From: Eubacteriales bacterium
GTDB taxonomy: Bacteria > Bacillota > Clostridia > Oscillospirales > CAG-272
Assembly (NCBI GenBank): GCA_045660295.1
Contig: JAZRDN010000007.1
Coordinates: forward strand, 5,438-69,437
Direction of reading: 5' to 3'
Length of the DNA: 64,000 nt
Shown here: positions 56,422-64,000 of the stretch, in pieces
Layout: each line of letters opens with the position of its first letter
Numbering within the stretch: position 1 is the stretch's first letter
Made by a program: the position numbers and the translations under genes
Notes under the pieces: generated by a model
What the model was told of the DNA's origin: nothing
The model's database searches: none
What the model saw: only the letters and a program-made list of their open reading frames with translations

Positions 56422-58500
56422 GTGGCAAAAAAAAAAGAAAAACAATACGTGAGCGATAATGCTCAACTTATGGCAGAATGGAACTGGGAAAGGAATACGG
56501 ATTTAACCCCATCGCAATTAACCCTTGGTAGCGGACAAAAGGTATGGTGGAAATGTAGCAAAAAACACGAATGGCAAGCAGAGATAGTTAATAGAAATAA
56601 AGGAAATAGGTGCCCATATTGCTCAAACAGAAAAGTTTTAAAAGGATATAATGATTTACAAACGATTAACCCCGCGTTAGCAAAAGAATGGAATTTTGAA
56701 AAAAATAATGGATTAACACCTATAGATGTATCTCCCAATAGCAATAAAAAGGCTTGGTGGAAATGTAGCAAAGGACACGAGTGGCAAGCGAGGATAAACA
56801 GTAGAAATAGCGAGAATGGATGTCCATATTGCTCAGGGCGATACGTCGTTAAAGGTGAAAATGATTTACAAACAGTCAATCCAACTTTAGCTGAAGAATG
56901 GAATTATGAAAAAAATAATGGATTAACTCCTGCGGATGTATTACCCAATAGCAACAAAAAAGCATGGTGGAAATGTAGCAAAGGACATGAATGGCAAGTA
57001 ACGATAGCTCTTAGAAATAATGGGAACGGATGTCCATATTGTGCAGGAAAAAAAGTTTTAAAAGGCTTTAACGATTTGCAAACAGTTAACCCAACTTTGG
57101 CTAAAGAATGGAATTATGAAAAAAACAACGAATTAACACCTGTAAATGTAACGCCTAATAGCAATAAAAAAGTATGGTGGAAATGTCAGAAAGGACACGA
57201 ATGGCAATCGACAATAAACAATAGAAACAGAGGAAATGAATGCCCTGTTTGTAACTCTGAGCGAAAAACATCTTTCCCTGAATATGCGCTTGTTTTTTAT
57301 TTCAAAAAATATGGTTTAGAGGTAGTACATTCGTATAGGGAGCAAGGTTATGAATTAGATATTTATATCCCATCCCAAAAAACTGCTATTGAATATGACG
57401 GTTATTTTTGGCACAGAAATAAAACAGAAGAAGATTTAGAAAAAAATCGCAAGTGTGAAAGAGATGGGGTAAAATTATATAGAATCAGAGAAGGTTTGCT
57501 CCCATTGAATGACAGTTCTATTGATTACACTATTCAAAAGGATCAAAAAGATTTATCGACAATCATTGAAAAAGTTTTAAGTAAAATTGTTGGCACGAGC
57601 GTCGACGTTAATCTAAAAAGAGACACTATTGCCATAGAAAATTTGCGAGAACACACCGAAAAAGAAACCTCTCTTTTATTTTCTAAGCCGGAAATAGCAA
57701 ATGAATGGAATTATGAAAAGAACGGCAATCTAAGACCGGAACATTTTGCAACGAACAGTCATAAAAAAGTTTGGTGGCAGTGTAGCGAAGGACACGAATG
57801 GCAAGCGGCGATATCTAATAGGAATAAAGGGCGCGGGTGTCCGTATTGTTCTGGTAAAAAAGTTTTAAAGGGCTATAATGACTTGCAAACTACTAATCCA
57901 ACCTTAGCCAAAGAGTGGAATTATGAAAAGAATTATGGATTAAGTCCTATGGATGTAACGCCGAATAGTAATATAAAAGTATGGTGGAAGTGTAGTAAAG
58001 GACATGAGTGGGAAACAACTATAAATAACAGAAATAATGGAAACAACTGCCCATATTGTTCTAACCGATACGCCGTTAAAGGTGAAAATGATTTGCAAAC
58101 AGTTAATCCAACCTTAGCCAAAGAGTGGAACTATGAAAAAAATTATGGATTAAGTCCTATGGATGTAACGCCGAATAGTAATAAAAAAGTATGGTGGAAG
58201 TGCAGCAAAGGACATGAGTGGGAAACGACTATAAATAACAGAAATAACGGAAATGGATGTCCATATTGTTCAGGTAGATACAGCGTTAAAGGTGAAAATG
58301 ACTTACAAACAATCAATCCAACTTTAGCAAAAGAATGGAATTATGAAAAAAACAACGGATTAACACCTGCTGATGTGTTACCTAAGAGCAACAAAAAGGT
58401 ATGGTGGAAGTGTGGCATGGGACACGAGTGGCAAGCGAGAATTATTGATAGAAACAAAGGGAACGGTTGCCCTATTTGCAGAAAAAATAAAAAGCATTAA
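56422..58500 (+). CDS. Protein with eight treble-clef/zinc-ribbon repeats (DUF4379-like) around a PD-(D/E)xK/Vsr-like nuclease domain
   Basis: WW.C..GHEW......R.....CP.C occurs 4 times before and 4 times after the central ELDIYIPSQKTAIEYDGYFWH. Confidence 0.85.
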   Translation: MAKKKEKQYVSDNAQLMAEWNWERNTDLTPSQLTLGSGQKVWWKCSKKHEWQAEIVNRNKGNRCPYCSNRKVLKGYNDLQTINPALAKEWNFEKNNGLTPIDVSPNSNKKAWWKCSKGHEWQARINSRNSENGCPYCSGRYVVKGENDLQTVNPTLAEEWNYEKNNGLTPADVLPNSNKKAWWKCSKGHEWQVTIALRNNGNGCPYCAGKKVLKGFNDLQTVNPTLAKEWNYEKNNELTPVNVTPNSNKKVWWKCQKGHEWQSTINNRNRGNECPVCNSERKTSFPEYALVFYFKKYGLEVVHSYREQGYELDIYIPSQKTAIEYDGYFWHRNKTEEDLEKNRKCERDGVKLYRIREGLLPLNDSSIDYTIQKDQKDLSTIIEKVLSKIVGTSVDVNLKRDTIAIENLREHTEKETSLLFSKPEIANEWNYEKNGNLRPEHFATNSHKKVWWQCSEGHEWQAAISNRNKGRGCPYCSGKKVLKGYNDLQTTNPTLAKEWNYEKNYGLSPMDVTPNSNIKVWWKCSKGHEWETTINNRNNGNNCPYCSNRYAVKGENDLQTVNPTLAKEWNYEKNYGLSPMDVTPNSNKKVWWKCSKGHEWETTINNRNNGNGCPYCSGRYSVKGENDLQTINPTLAKEWNYEKNNGLTPADVLPKSNKKVWWKCGMGHEWQARIIDRNKGNGCPICRKNKKH

Positions 58501-58532
58501 CATAAGTTTTAATTTCATAAAGGAGGTGGAAA

Positions 58533-58898
58533 ATGATACATTTTGATAATAACTTAGCTAAAGAAGCATTCAAAATTGCACACGAAGCGCACGAATTATC
58601 TGATGTGGCGAATGATCTTAATAGAATCAATACTGTTTTATCAACCACACCAACTATAGAAAATTTATTTGAAGCGCAAAGATTAGATAATGAATTACGT
58701 AAAAAATATCCAACTATCGATAAAATGCTTGCAATAGCAAATAATTATCTAATACTTGCGGTTGCTTCACAAAGTAATACACAAGATTTACCCGAATATG
58801 CAAATCTTAAACAAGATTATTTCGGTATCTTATGTGATGTTCTTTTAAAAAAGGGGATTACAACTTCAATTGAACAATTTATTGAAAAAGTAGATTGA
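58533..58898 (+). CDS. Hypothetical helical protein
   Basis: RBS AAGGAGG; AT-rich codons; follows the zinc-ribbon gene. Confidence 0.6.
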   Translation: MIHFDNNLAKEAFKIAHEAHELSDVANDLNRINTVLSTTPTIENLFEAQRLDNELRKKYPTIDKMLAIANNYLILAVASQSNTQDLPEYANLKQDYFGILCDVLLKKGITTSIEQFIEKVD

Positions 58899-59106
58899 AT
58901 AGTTTTTGAAAAGGTGGAAATTCAATTGCAGGAACATAGGTCAAAGTTAAGTATCATAGTATGCACCGCTTTTTGCACCGCCTCGGTGAGCGTATCCAAA
59001 TTATAATCAGTATTCAATAAAATAAGGGAGCGTTTGCTCCCTTATTTTATTGTTTGAAATGCGGCTCGAAGCCATGGCTTGTGATACCATGCCCCCCACC
59101 GCGCGA

Positions 59107-59928
59107 TCATTTAGAATTTCTTTTATGCTTTTTTATGGTCTTATCAATACTGCTCTTGGCGCTGTCTATTATCTCGTTCCCCTTGAGGAGCAAGCGTTTT
59201 CTGTTCTTTTGAATAAAGCTCCGCAATTGTCTTTTATGCGAGCAGAGCTTCTCGTTGCAATTTTTGCAGGAAATGCAGGCGTTCGTGTTTTCCGCAAAGC
59301 GTTCGGGGTGGAGATGAAGCGTTATTTCCCAACGGAAAAGCAACAAGAGCGACATTCCGAGAAGCGACCACGTATAAACATTCGGAATAAAGACGTAGGG
59401 CGTGAACATCATCGCGAAATCCCAATTATAGATGCGGCAATCGGTACAGCATCGGTTTTTCATAAACCATGTCTGGAAGGGGCAGAAAAACAGAATACAT
59501 ATCATATCGCAAACGCCGTAAGCGAGGCTGATAAGAACAAGAATGCCTATATCGATCACTTGGGTATAATAAAGGATTCCGATAGCGGCGTTTAATATCA
59601 CCCACGCAAGCGCAACCGAAAAGGTTCGCTTCCAAGATTGAAGCCGCGGCTTTTCTTCTCCCGTCGGCAGATAATTCCTCGCAAACTGCTTTTGACAGCC
59701 GGGGCTTTCCAGCTTCGACGGAAAGAAGCGCAAAAACATTTCCACCGCATAAATTATCCATATCACCACAAGCAGCCACGGCAGCTTATCGTAACCGCCG
59801 AACGGCTCACCCGTGCTTTTGACGCGGTTGACAATATAGAGAGCCAACGCCGCAACTAACAGCACAGAGCGGATCACCAGCTTCAGGTAGTGCATATATG
59901 AGGTTTTTGATATTTTATTTTTGTTCAT
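59107..59928 (-). CDS. Conserved hypothetical membrane protein with Cys clusters
   Basis: Multiple TM segments, CC..CRIYNWD and C..C..C...LC motifs; promoter TTGACA-17-TATAAT upstream. Confidence 0.75.
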   Translation of the reverse strand: MNKNKISKTSYMHYLKLVIRSVLLVAALALYIVNRVKSTGEPFGGYDKLPWLLVVIWIIYAVEMFLRFFPSKLESPGCQKQFARNYLPTGEEKPRLQSWKRTFSVALAWVILNAAIGILYYTQVIDIGILVLISLAYGVCDMICILFFCPFQTWFMKNRCCTDCRIYNWDFAMMFTPYVFIPNVYTWSLLGMSLLLLFRWEITLHLHPERFAENTNACISCKNCNEKLCSHKRQLRSFIQKNRKRLLLKGNEIIDSAKSSIDKTIKKHKRNSK

Positions 59929-60236
59929 AGCTATACTGATTTTGAGCCTCCTTTTTAATCATAGTTGGCTTTGGCTATGAGTTTTCGATTCTTATTATAG
60001 CAAAAACATTATTATTTGTCAATCGGTGTAAACACGAAAAAACGTCACGGCGGTCAAGCTCCGTGGACTGCTTTTCCATATGCTGCGAACCGATCCTTTG
60101 CCCATAACCCGCTGATCGCTCCTGTTGATGACAAAAAACTCTCTGCTGTTGTTTTTTTATCAAATTATATTGAATTTTGTTTTTGTTTGTGATAGAATAG
60201 AAGAAAGACAAAAATCAAATCACCAACGGAGGAAGC

Positions 60237-60665
60237 ATGAGCACCACGGAAAAGATCAAAACAGTTGTAGACGGCATCAAAAAGGCGGGTCAGTACGTTA
60301 TAAAGCACCCCGAGCAAATGACGATCGCAACAGAAGCGAGCAAGAGCATACAAGACAGAATATCAAAAATAACAGGCAAAAAGGGCTCAAAGCGCGATGA
60401 GGATATCGCGCGTATCAACGAAAAGCTCGCGAGCGCGGAGACCGAGATATCTGCTATAAAGGACGACCTCGCCAAGGCTGACGAAGGCAGACAGAAAGAT
60501 TATCAGCAATTAATTGGCGAAATAGAATTGCTCAAGGACGAGCTTGCACTCAACAGAAAGAAGGCAAAGCGCAGATTTGTATTGCTGACCGTTTTCCTTA
60601 TTTTGTCTTTTGTGGCTACCGCGGCATTGGCGGCGTTTTTGTATTACATTTTGTATATTGCTTAA
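60237..60665 (+). CDS. Coiled-coil protein with a C-terminal membrane anchor
   Basis: Heptad-like charged region followed by KRRFVLLTVFLILSFVATAALAAFLYYILYIA. Confidence 0.7.
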   Translation: MSTTEKIKTVVDGIKKAGQYVIKHPEQMTIATEASKSIQDRISKITGKKGSKRDEDIARINEKLASAETEISAIKDDLAKADEGRQKDYQQLIGEIELLKDELALNRKKAKRRFVLLTVFLILSFVATAALAAFLYYILYIA

Positions 60666-60764
60666 TTCCCAAAACCGAATATTCAACGCAAATCGGAAGG
60701 CATTTCTGCCTTCCGATTTTTCTTTGTCCCCCGGCATAGGTTATCGTGATTTTGCGCGGACAGG

Positions 60765-60793
60765 TCATAATCCCCCGCCCTACCGCATAAGAT
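60765..60793 (+). promoter_or_regulatory. SigE-type promoter of the spoIIIA operon
   Basis: TCATAA...CATAAGAT resembles the SigE -35/-10 elements; spoIIIA is SigE-dependent in Firmicutes. Confidence 0.7.
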
Positions 60794-60813
60794 GTGTCAG
60801 GGCAGGTGAGAAA

Positions 60814-61695
60814 ATGGACAACGTTATAATCAACCGCAGGGCCTTACCGCGCGCGGCGGCTGAGCTGTTACCGCGCGAGCTTTTGTGGGAGATCGAGCAA
60901 GCCGCGCTCGGCTTTGCCGTTGAGGAGATTCGCATAAAGTCCTCGCGCCGCATATGGGTCTGCGGCGAGGAAAAAAACGCAATGCTCGACGTCTCGGCAA
61001 GCGAGGGCGAGCTTGAGGAAATGCTTCTGCGCGCGTGCGGCGGCTCGCTTTACGCCTGCGCCGAAAGCATAAAAAACGGCTTTGTTTCGGCGCGTGACGG
61101 TGTGCGCGTGGGCGTTTGCGGAGATTGGACTGTGGGCGGTGTGCGGAATATCTCATCGCTGGTAATCAGGATACCCCACAGGATAAACGCCGACGCAAGC
61201 GGATTTCGCGCGGCGCTTGAGGGCTTCGGCTACGCCCGAGGTCTGCTTCTTTTCTCGCCGCCGCTGGGGGGCAAAACAAGCATGCTCCGCGAGATAGCCC
61301 GCGAGCTTTCGTCGGGAGATGACCCGAAGCGAGTGGTGGTAGTAGACACTCGCGGAGAGCTTGGCTTTTCGCTTGACGGTGACTCGCTTTGTCTGGATAT
61401 TCTGTCGGGCTACCCTCGACGCGCGGGCATTGAGATAGCCGCGCGGACGCTTGGGGCGCAGGTGGTCATCTGCGACGAGATCGGAGCGGGCGAAAGCGAA
61501 GCGATATGCGAGCTTCACGGCGGCGGCGTACCGCTGGTGGCATCGGCGCACGCGGCAGACCTTGCGGACTTGCTGTCACGCAGGGGCATAGCCGAGCTTC
61601 ACCGCGCGGGAGTATTTGGGGGTTACGCCGAGCTTTCCAGAGGTACTGACCCACCATACAAAATTCACATGCGGGAGGAGTGCCTTGATACTTAA
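60814..61695 (+). CDS. spoIIIAA: Stage III sporulation protein AA (ATPase)
   Basis: EEIRI, GVRVGVCG, SPPLGGKT, VVDTRGE, ICDEIG. Confidence 0.88.
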   Translation: MDNVIINRRALPRAAAELLPRELLWEIEQAALGFAVEEIRIKSSRRIWVCGEEKNAMLDVSASEGELEEMLLRACGGSLYACAESIKNGFVSARDGVRVGVCGDWTVGGVRNISSLVIRIPHRINADASGFRAALEGFGYARGLLLFSPPLGGKTSMLREIARELSSGDDPKRVVVVDTRGELGFSLDGDSLCLDILSGYPRRAGIEIAARTLGAQVVICDEIGAGESEAICELHGGGVPLVASAHAADLADLLSRRGIAELHRAGVFGGYAELSRGTDPPYKIHMREECLDT

Positions 61696-62110
61696 GCTTG
61701 TAGGCGCGGCTGTAATACTTAGCTGCGGAGCGCTCTATTCAAGCGCCGCGAGGCGAGAGGTAACGCGCGAGCTTGACGAGACAGACAGGACACTGTCACT
61801 GTTTCGCTACATAAAAAGCGAGATATCCGACTACGGCACGCCGCTTGACGCAATCTTTGCCGCGCGCGGCATTTCGGGCGGCATGGACGGGCTTTTATCC
61901 TCTCTTTCCGAGAATCTGCGAGCCGAAATATCCGAGGCGCGCGCGCTGGGTAGAGGCTACGGCAACGAGGAGCTCCGCATTTGCGACAAGCTCCTCGGGC
62001 GCTTGGAGGCGAGAAAGAAAGCCTTGGAAAACCGAGTCAAAGAGGTCACGGCAATCTCACGGGTAAAAGGCTACGGCATATCCGCGGCGGTGGTGATATT
62101 GTTGATTTAG
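61685..62110 (+). CDS. spoIIIAB: Stage III sporulation protein AB
   Basis: LKLVGAAVILSCG start, position in the operon, C-terminal hydrophobic tail. Confidence 0.75.
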   Translation: MILKLVGAAVILSCGALYSSAARREVTRELDETDRTLSLFRYIKSEISDYGTPLDAIFAARGISGGMDGLLSSLSENLRAEISEARALGRGYGNEELRICDKLLGRLEARKKALENRVKEVTAISRVKGYGISAAVVILLI

Positions 62111-62301
62111 CACCGCAACCAATGGAAGCCCCCACCGGCGAGGTGGCGCCAGTCAAGGGCGCGTAGCCCTTGTCGCCGCGCGCACGCGGCGAAATAACCC
62201 TCGGCGTTTTTCTTTTTGCGAACTTTTTCTTTTTGCGCCTTCGGCTCCAAAAAGAAAAAGTGGACTAACGGTTTATGCACTATAAAATTGTGGTGCAGTG
62301 C
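62110..62301. repeat. Inverted copy of the right half of the 4604-5059 element
   Basis: Near-identical reverse complement of about 4871-5055; its own ends are GCACCGCAACCA and TGGTGCAGTGC. Confidence 0.85.
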
Positions 62302-62334
62302 ATTTTAATTCAACACACCCAGGGAAAGGTTAAA

Positions 62335-62529
62335 ATGGATATAAGTTTAATTTTCAAGGTGGCGGGAGTCGGCTTACTTGTCGGTATACTCGCGCAGATC
62401 CTAAACAAATACGGGCGCGACGAGCAGGCTATGTTCGTCGGGCTTGCGGGCATCCTAACGGTTTTGATTATCCTCGTGGGCGAGATCGGCGAGCTGTTCA
62501 ACAGCATAAGAGAGGTATTCGGGCTTTGA
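62335..62529 (+). CDS. spoIIIAC: Stage III sporulation protein AC
   Basis: MDISLIFKVAGVGLLV...GRDEQA...LF..I..VFGL. Confidence 0.92.
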   Translation: MDISLIFKVAGVGLLVGILAQILNKYGRDEQAMFVGLAGILTVLIILVGEIGELFNSIREVFGL

Positions 62530-62918
62530 GTGGGCTTGACACTATGAAGATATGCGCCGTAGCGCTTCTCGCCGCACTCTGCTTCTCGGTGGTCAGACGG
62601 GTATATTCGGGCTTCGACGTTCCTCTTAAGGTCACGGCTTCTGTGGTCTTTTTCGGACTGGTAATAGGACTTGCTTCCCCGCTCTTTTCATATATTTCGG
62701 AGCTTGTGGCAAGCTCCGCGCTTGCCGAATGGCAGGGCGTCCTTTTCGGAGCCTTTGGCGTGGCGCTTATGTCGCACACCGCCGCCGAGCTTTGTCGCGA
62801 ATGCGGTGAAAGCAGTGTGGCGGGCTTTGCAGAGCTTGCGGGCAAGGTGGAGATACTTTTGTTATGTCTCCCCCTCGTAAAGGCTCTGCTTGAGGAGGTG
62901 GAAGCTCTTGTGGGCTAA
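62526..62918 (+). CDS. spoIIIAD: Stage III sporulation protein AD
   Basis: AELCRECGESSVA..ELAGKVEIL motif. Confidence 0.9.
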   Translation: MSGLDTMKICAVALLAALCFSVVRRVYSGFDVPLKVTASVVFFGLVIGLASPLFSYISELVASSALAEWQGVLFGAFGVALMSHTAAELCRECGESSVAGFAELAGKVEILLLCLPLVKALLEEVEALVG

Positions 62919-64000
62919 GCTTTTGGCGGTTTTCTTCACGCTTGCGCTTTTTGCGCTTCCCTGCCACGCCGAGACGAACTCGACCGACACGGTGGACGAG
63001 AGCTTTGGCGAGATGATGGAGAGCATACCCGACGACATCGCAAAGCTCCTGCCCGACAGCTTTTTTGAGGGCGGCATTGACAGTGCGGCGCAAGGGCTTG
63101 ACCAGGTATTGGACACGGGCTTTTTCACAAGGCTTATCGGCGGTCTGCTTTCGGACGGGCTGAAAGCCGCGATACCCACGCTTTTGTCGCTTTTTTCGGT
63201 GCTTTTAGTGTCGGCGCTTTTGTCAACCTTCAAGAACACGCTTCGCTCCGAGGCGCTTTCGGGCGCGGTAAGCCTTGCGGTATCAACTGTGATGACCGCA
63301 ATTCTGGTGAGATGCGCGGCGGCGCACATTGAAGCGGCAACCGGCTTTCTCTCACGGCTCTCCGAGCTTTGTCTTGCTATGCTTCCCATACTTGGCGCGG
63401 TGCTTGCCATGGGCGGAAGCGGCGGCGCGGCGGTGGCGACTCACGGCGGATTTCTCATGCTTCTCGGTGCGCTTGAGGCGATAGTGGGCGAGGCTTTCGG
63501 CGGAATAGTGGGAATCAGCCTTGCCCTATCGGCGGCAAACGTCTTTTCCTCAAAATTCAGACTTGGGGCGGTAGCGCGCGCCATAAGGCGATGCTTTGGG
63601 GTATTCTTCGGCGCGGTGATGAGTCTCCTCAGCTTCATTCTCTCAATAAAGATAGGCATTGCGGCGGCAGGCGACAGCGTGGCTATGCGCGGGGCGAAGA
63701 TGTTCGCCTCAAACGCCATTCCCTTGGTGGGCTCTGCCATAGGCGACTCATTCAAGACACTTGCCACGGCGCTTACATATATGAAAAGCGTCAGCGGCGC
63801 GGTGGGGATAATTCTTATCCTGCTTTTGGCGCTTCCCACGTTTTTGTCGGTCTGGCTTTATCGATGCGGCTTGGTGCTCTTGTCGGGCGCGGCGGAGATG
63901 CTGGACTGTGACAGAGAGAAAGAGCTTTTGTCTGGCGTGGTCTCGGTATACGGCTACATGCTGGCGGTAATAGCCATTTCGACAGTGGTATTCATACTGA
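62908..64000 (+). CDS. spoIIIAE: Stage III sporulation protein AE (truncated by window end)
   Basis: Open frame from TTG 62908 (RBS GAGGAGG) to the window edge, with MLPILGAVLAMGG and NAIPLVGSAIGDS; multi-TM. Confidence 0.85.
   Translation, partial: MWAKLLAVFFTLALFALPCHAETNSTDTVDESFGEMMESIPDDIAKLLPDSFFEGGIDSAAQGLDQVLDTGFFTRLIGGLLSDGLKAAIPTLLSLFSVLLVSALLSTFKNTLRSEALSGAVSLAVSTVMTAILVRCAAAHIEAATGFLSRLSELCLAMLPILGAVLAMGGSGGAAVATHGGFLMLLGALEAIVGEAFGGIVGISLALSAANVFSSKFRLGAVARAIRRCFGVFFGAVMSLLSFILSIKIGIAAAGDSVAMRGAKMFASNAIPLVGSAIGDSFKTLATALTYMKSVSGAVGIILILLLALPTFLSVWLYRCGLVLLSGAAEMLDCDREKELLSGVVSVYGYMLAVIAISTVVFIL

Larger units (their letters stand above)
56130..59000. mobile_element. AT-rich islet downstream of tRNA-Pro (no integrase)
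   Basis: An abrupt shift to AT-rich sequence and codons; short repeat clusters at both ends. Confidence 0.6.

Noticed and set aside
56422-58500. CRISPR array suggested by periodic repeats
   Set aside because: The 210-bp period lies inside one ORF and reflects protein repeats. There are no short repeats with unique spacers and no cas genes.
60030-60140. Possible structured element between divergent promoters
   Set aside because: Only one weak hairpin, it lies outside both predicted transcripts, and no family is recognisable.

Overview
A 64-kb chromosomal window from a spore-forming clostridial bacterium, probably Oscillospiraceae/Ruminococcaceae-like (sigK, spoVAC, tepA and the spoIIIA operon are present). 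The housekeeping blocks are: a glmU-like/glmM/glmS-ribozyme/glmS locus; a T-box-controlled branched-chain amino acid locus (two XRE-cupin-acyl-CoA synthetases, a 2-oxoacid:ferredoxin oxidoreductase, ilvE, a LeuA-like pseudoenzyme and a TIM-barrel/acyl-CoA synthetase fusion); cls, hpt, nadE, dut, ddh; and GH2/GH3/CE7 carbohydrate genes. The standout is an accessory block at about 25.7-37.1 kb. It holds a self-contained three-gene unit encoding two Snf7/CHMP (ESCRT-III)-like proteins and an AAA+ ATPase with a MIT-like N-terminus (Vps4-like architecture). Upstream are a Zn-ribbon serine protease and an SPFH-like gene; downstream is a Sel1/HTH gene; nearby is a DUF4011 helicase-nuclease (Hhe-type defence gene). 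This looks like a bacterial ESCRT-III/Vps4-like system, inferred from motif reading only, since no searches were run. Also present: tRNA-Gln and tRNA-Pro with integration scars and islets, several MITE/REP-like repeats and two orphan structured sRNA candidates.
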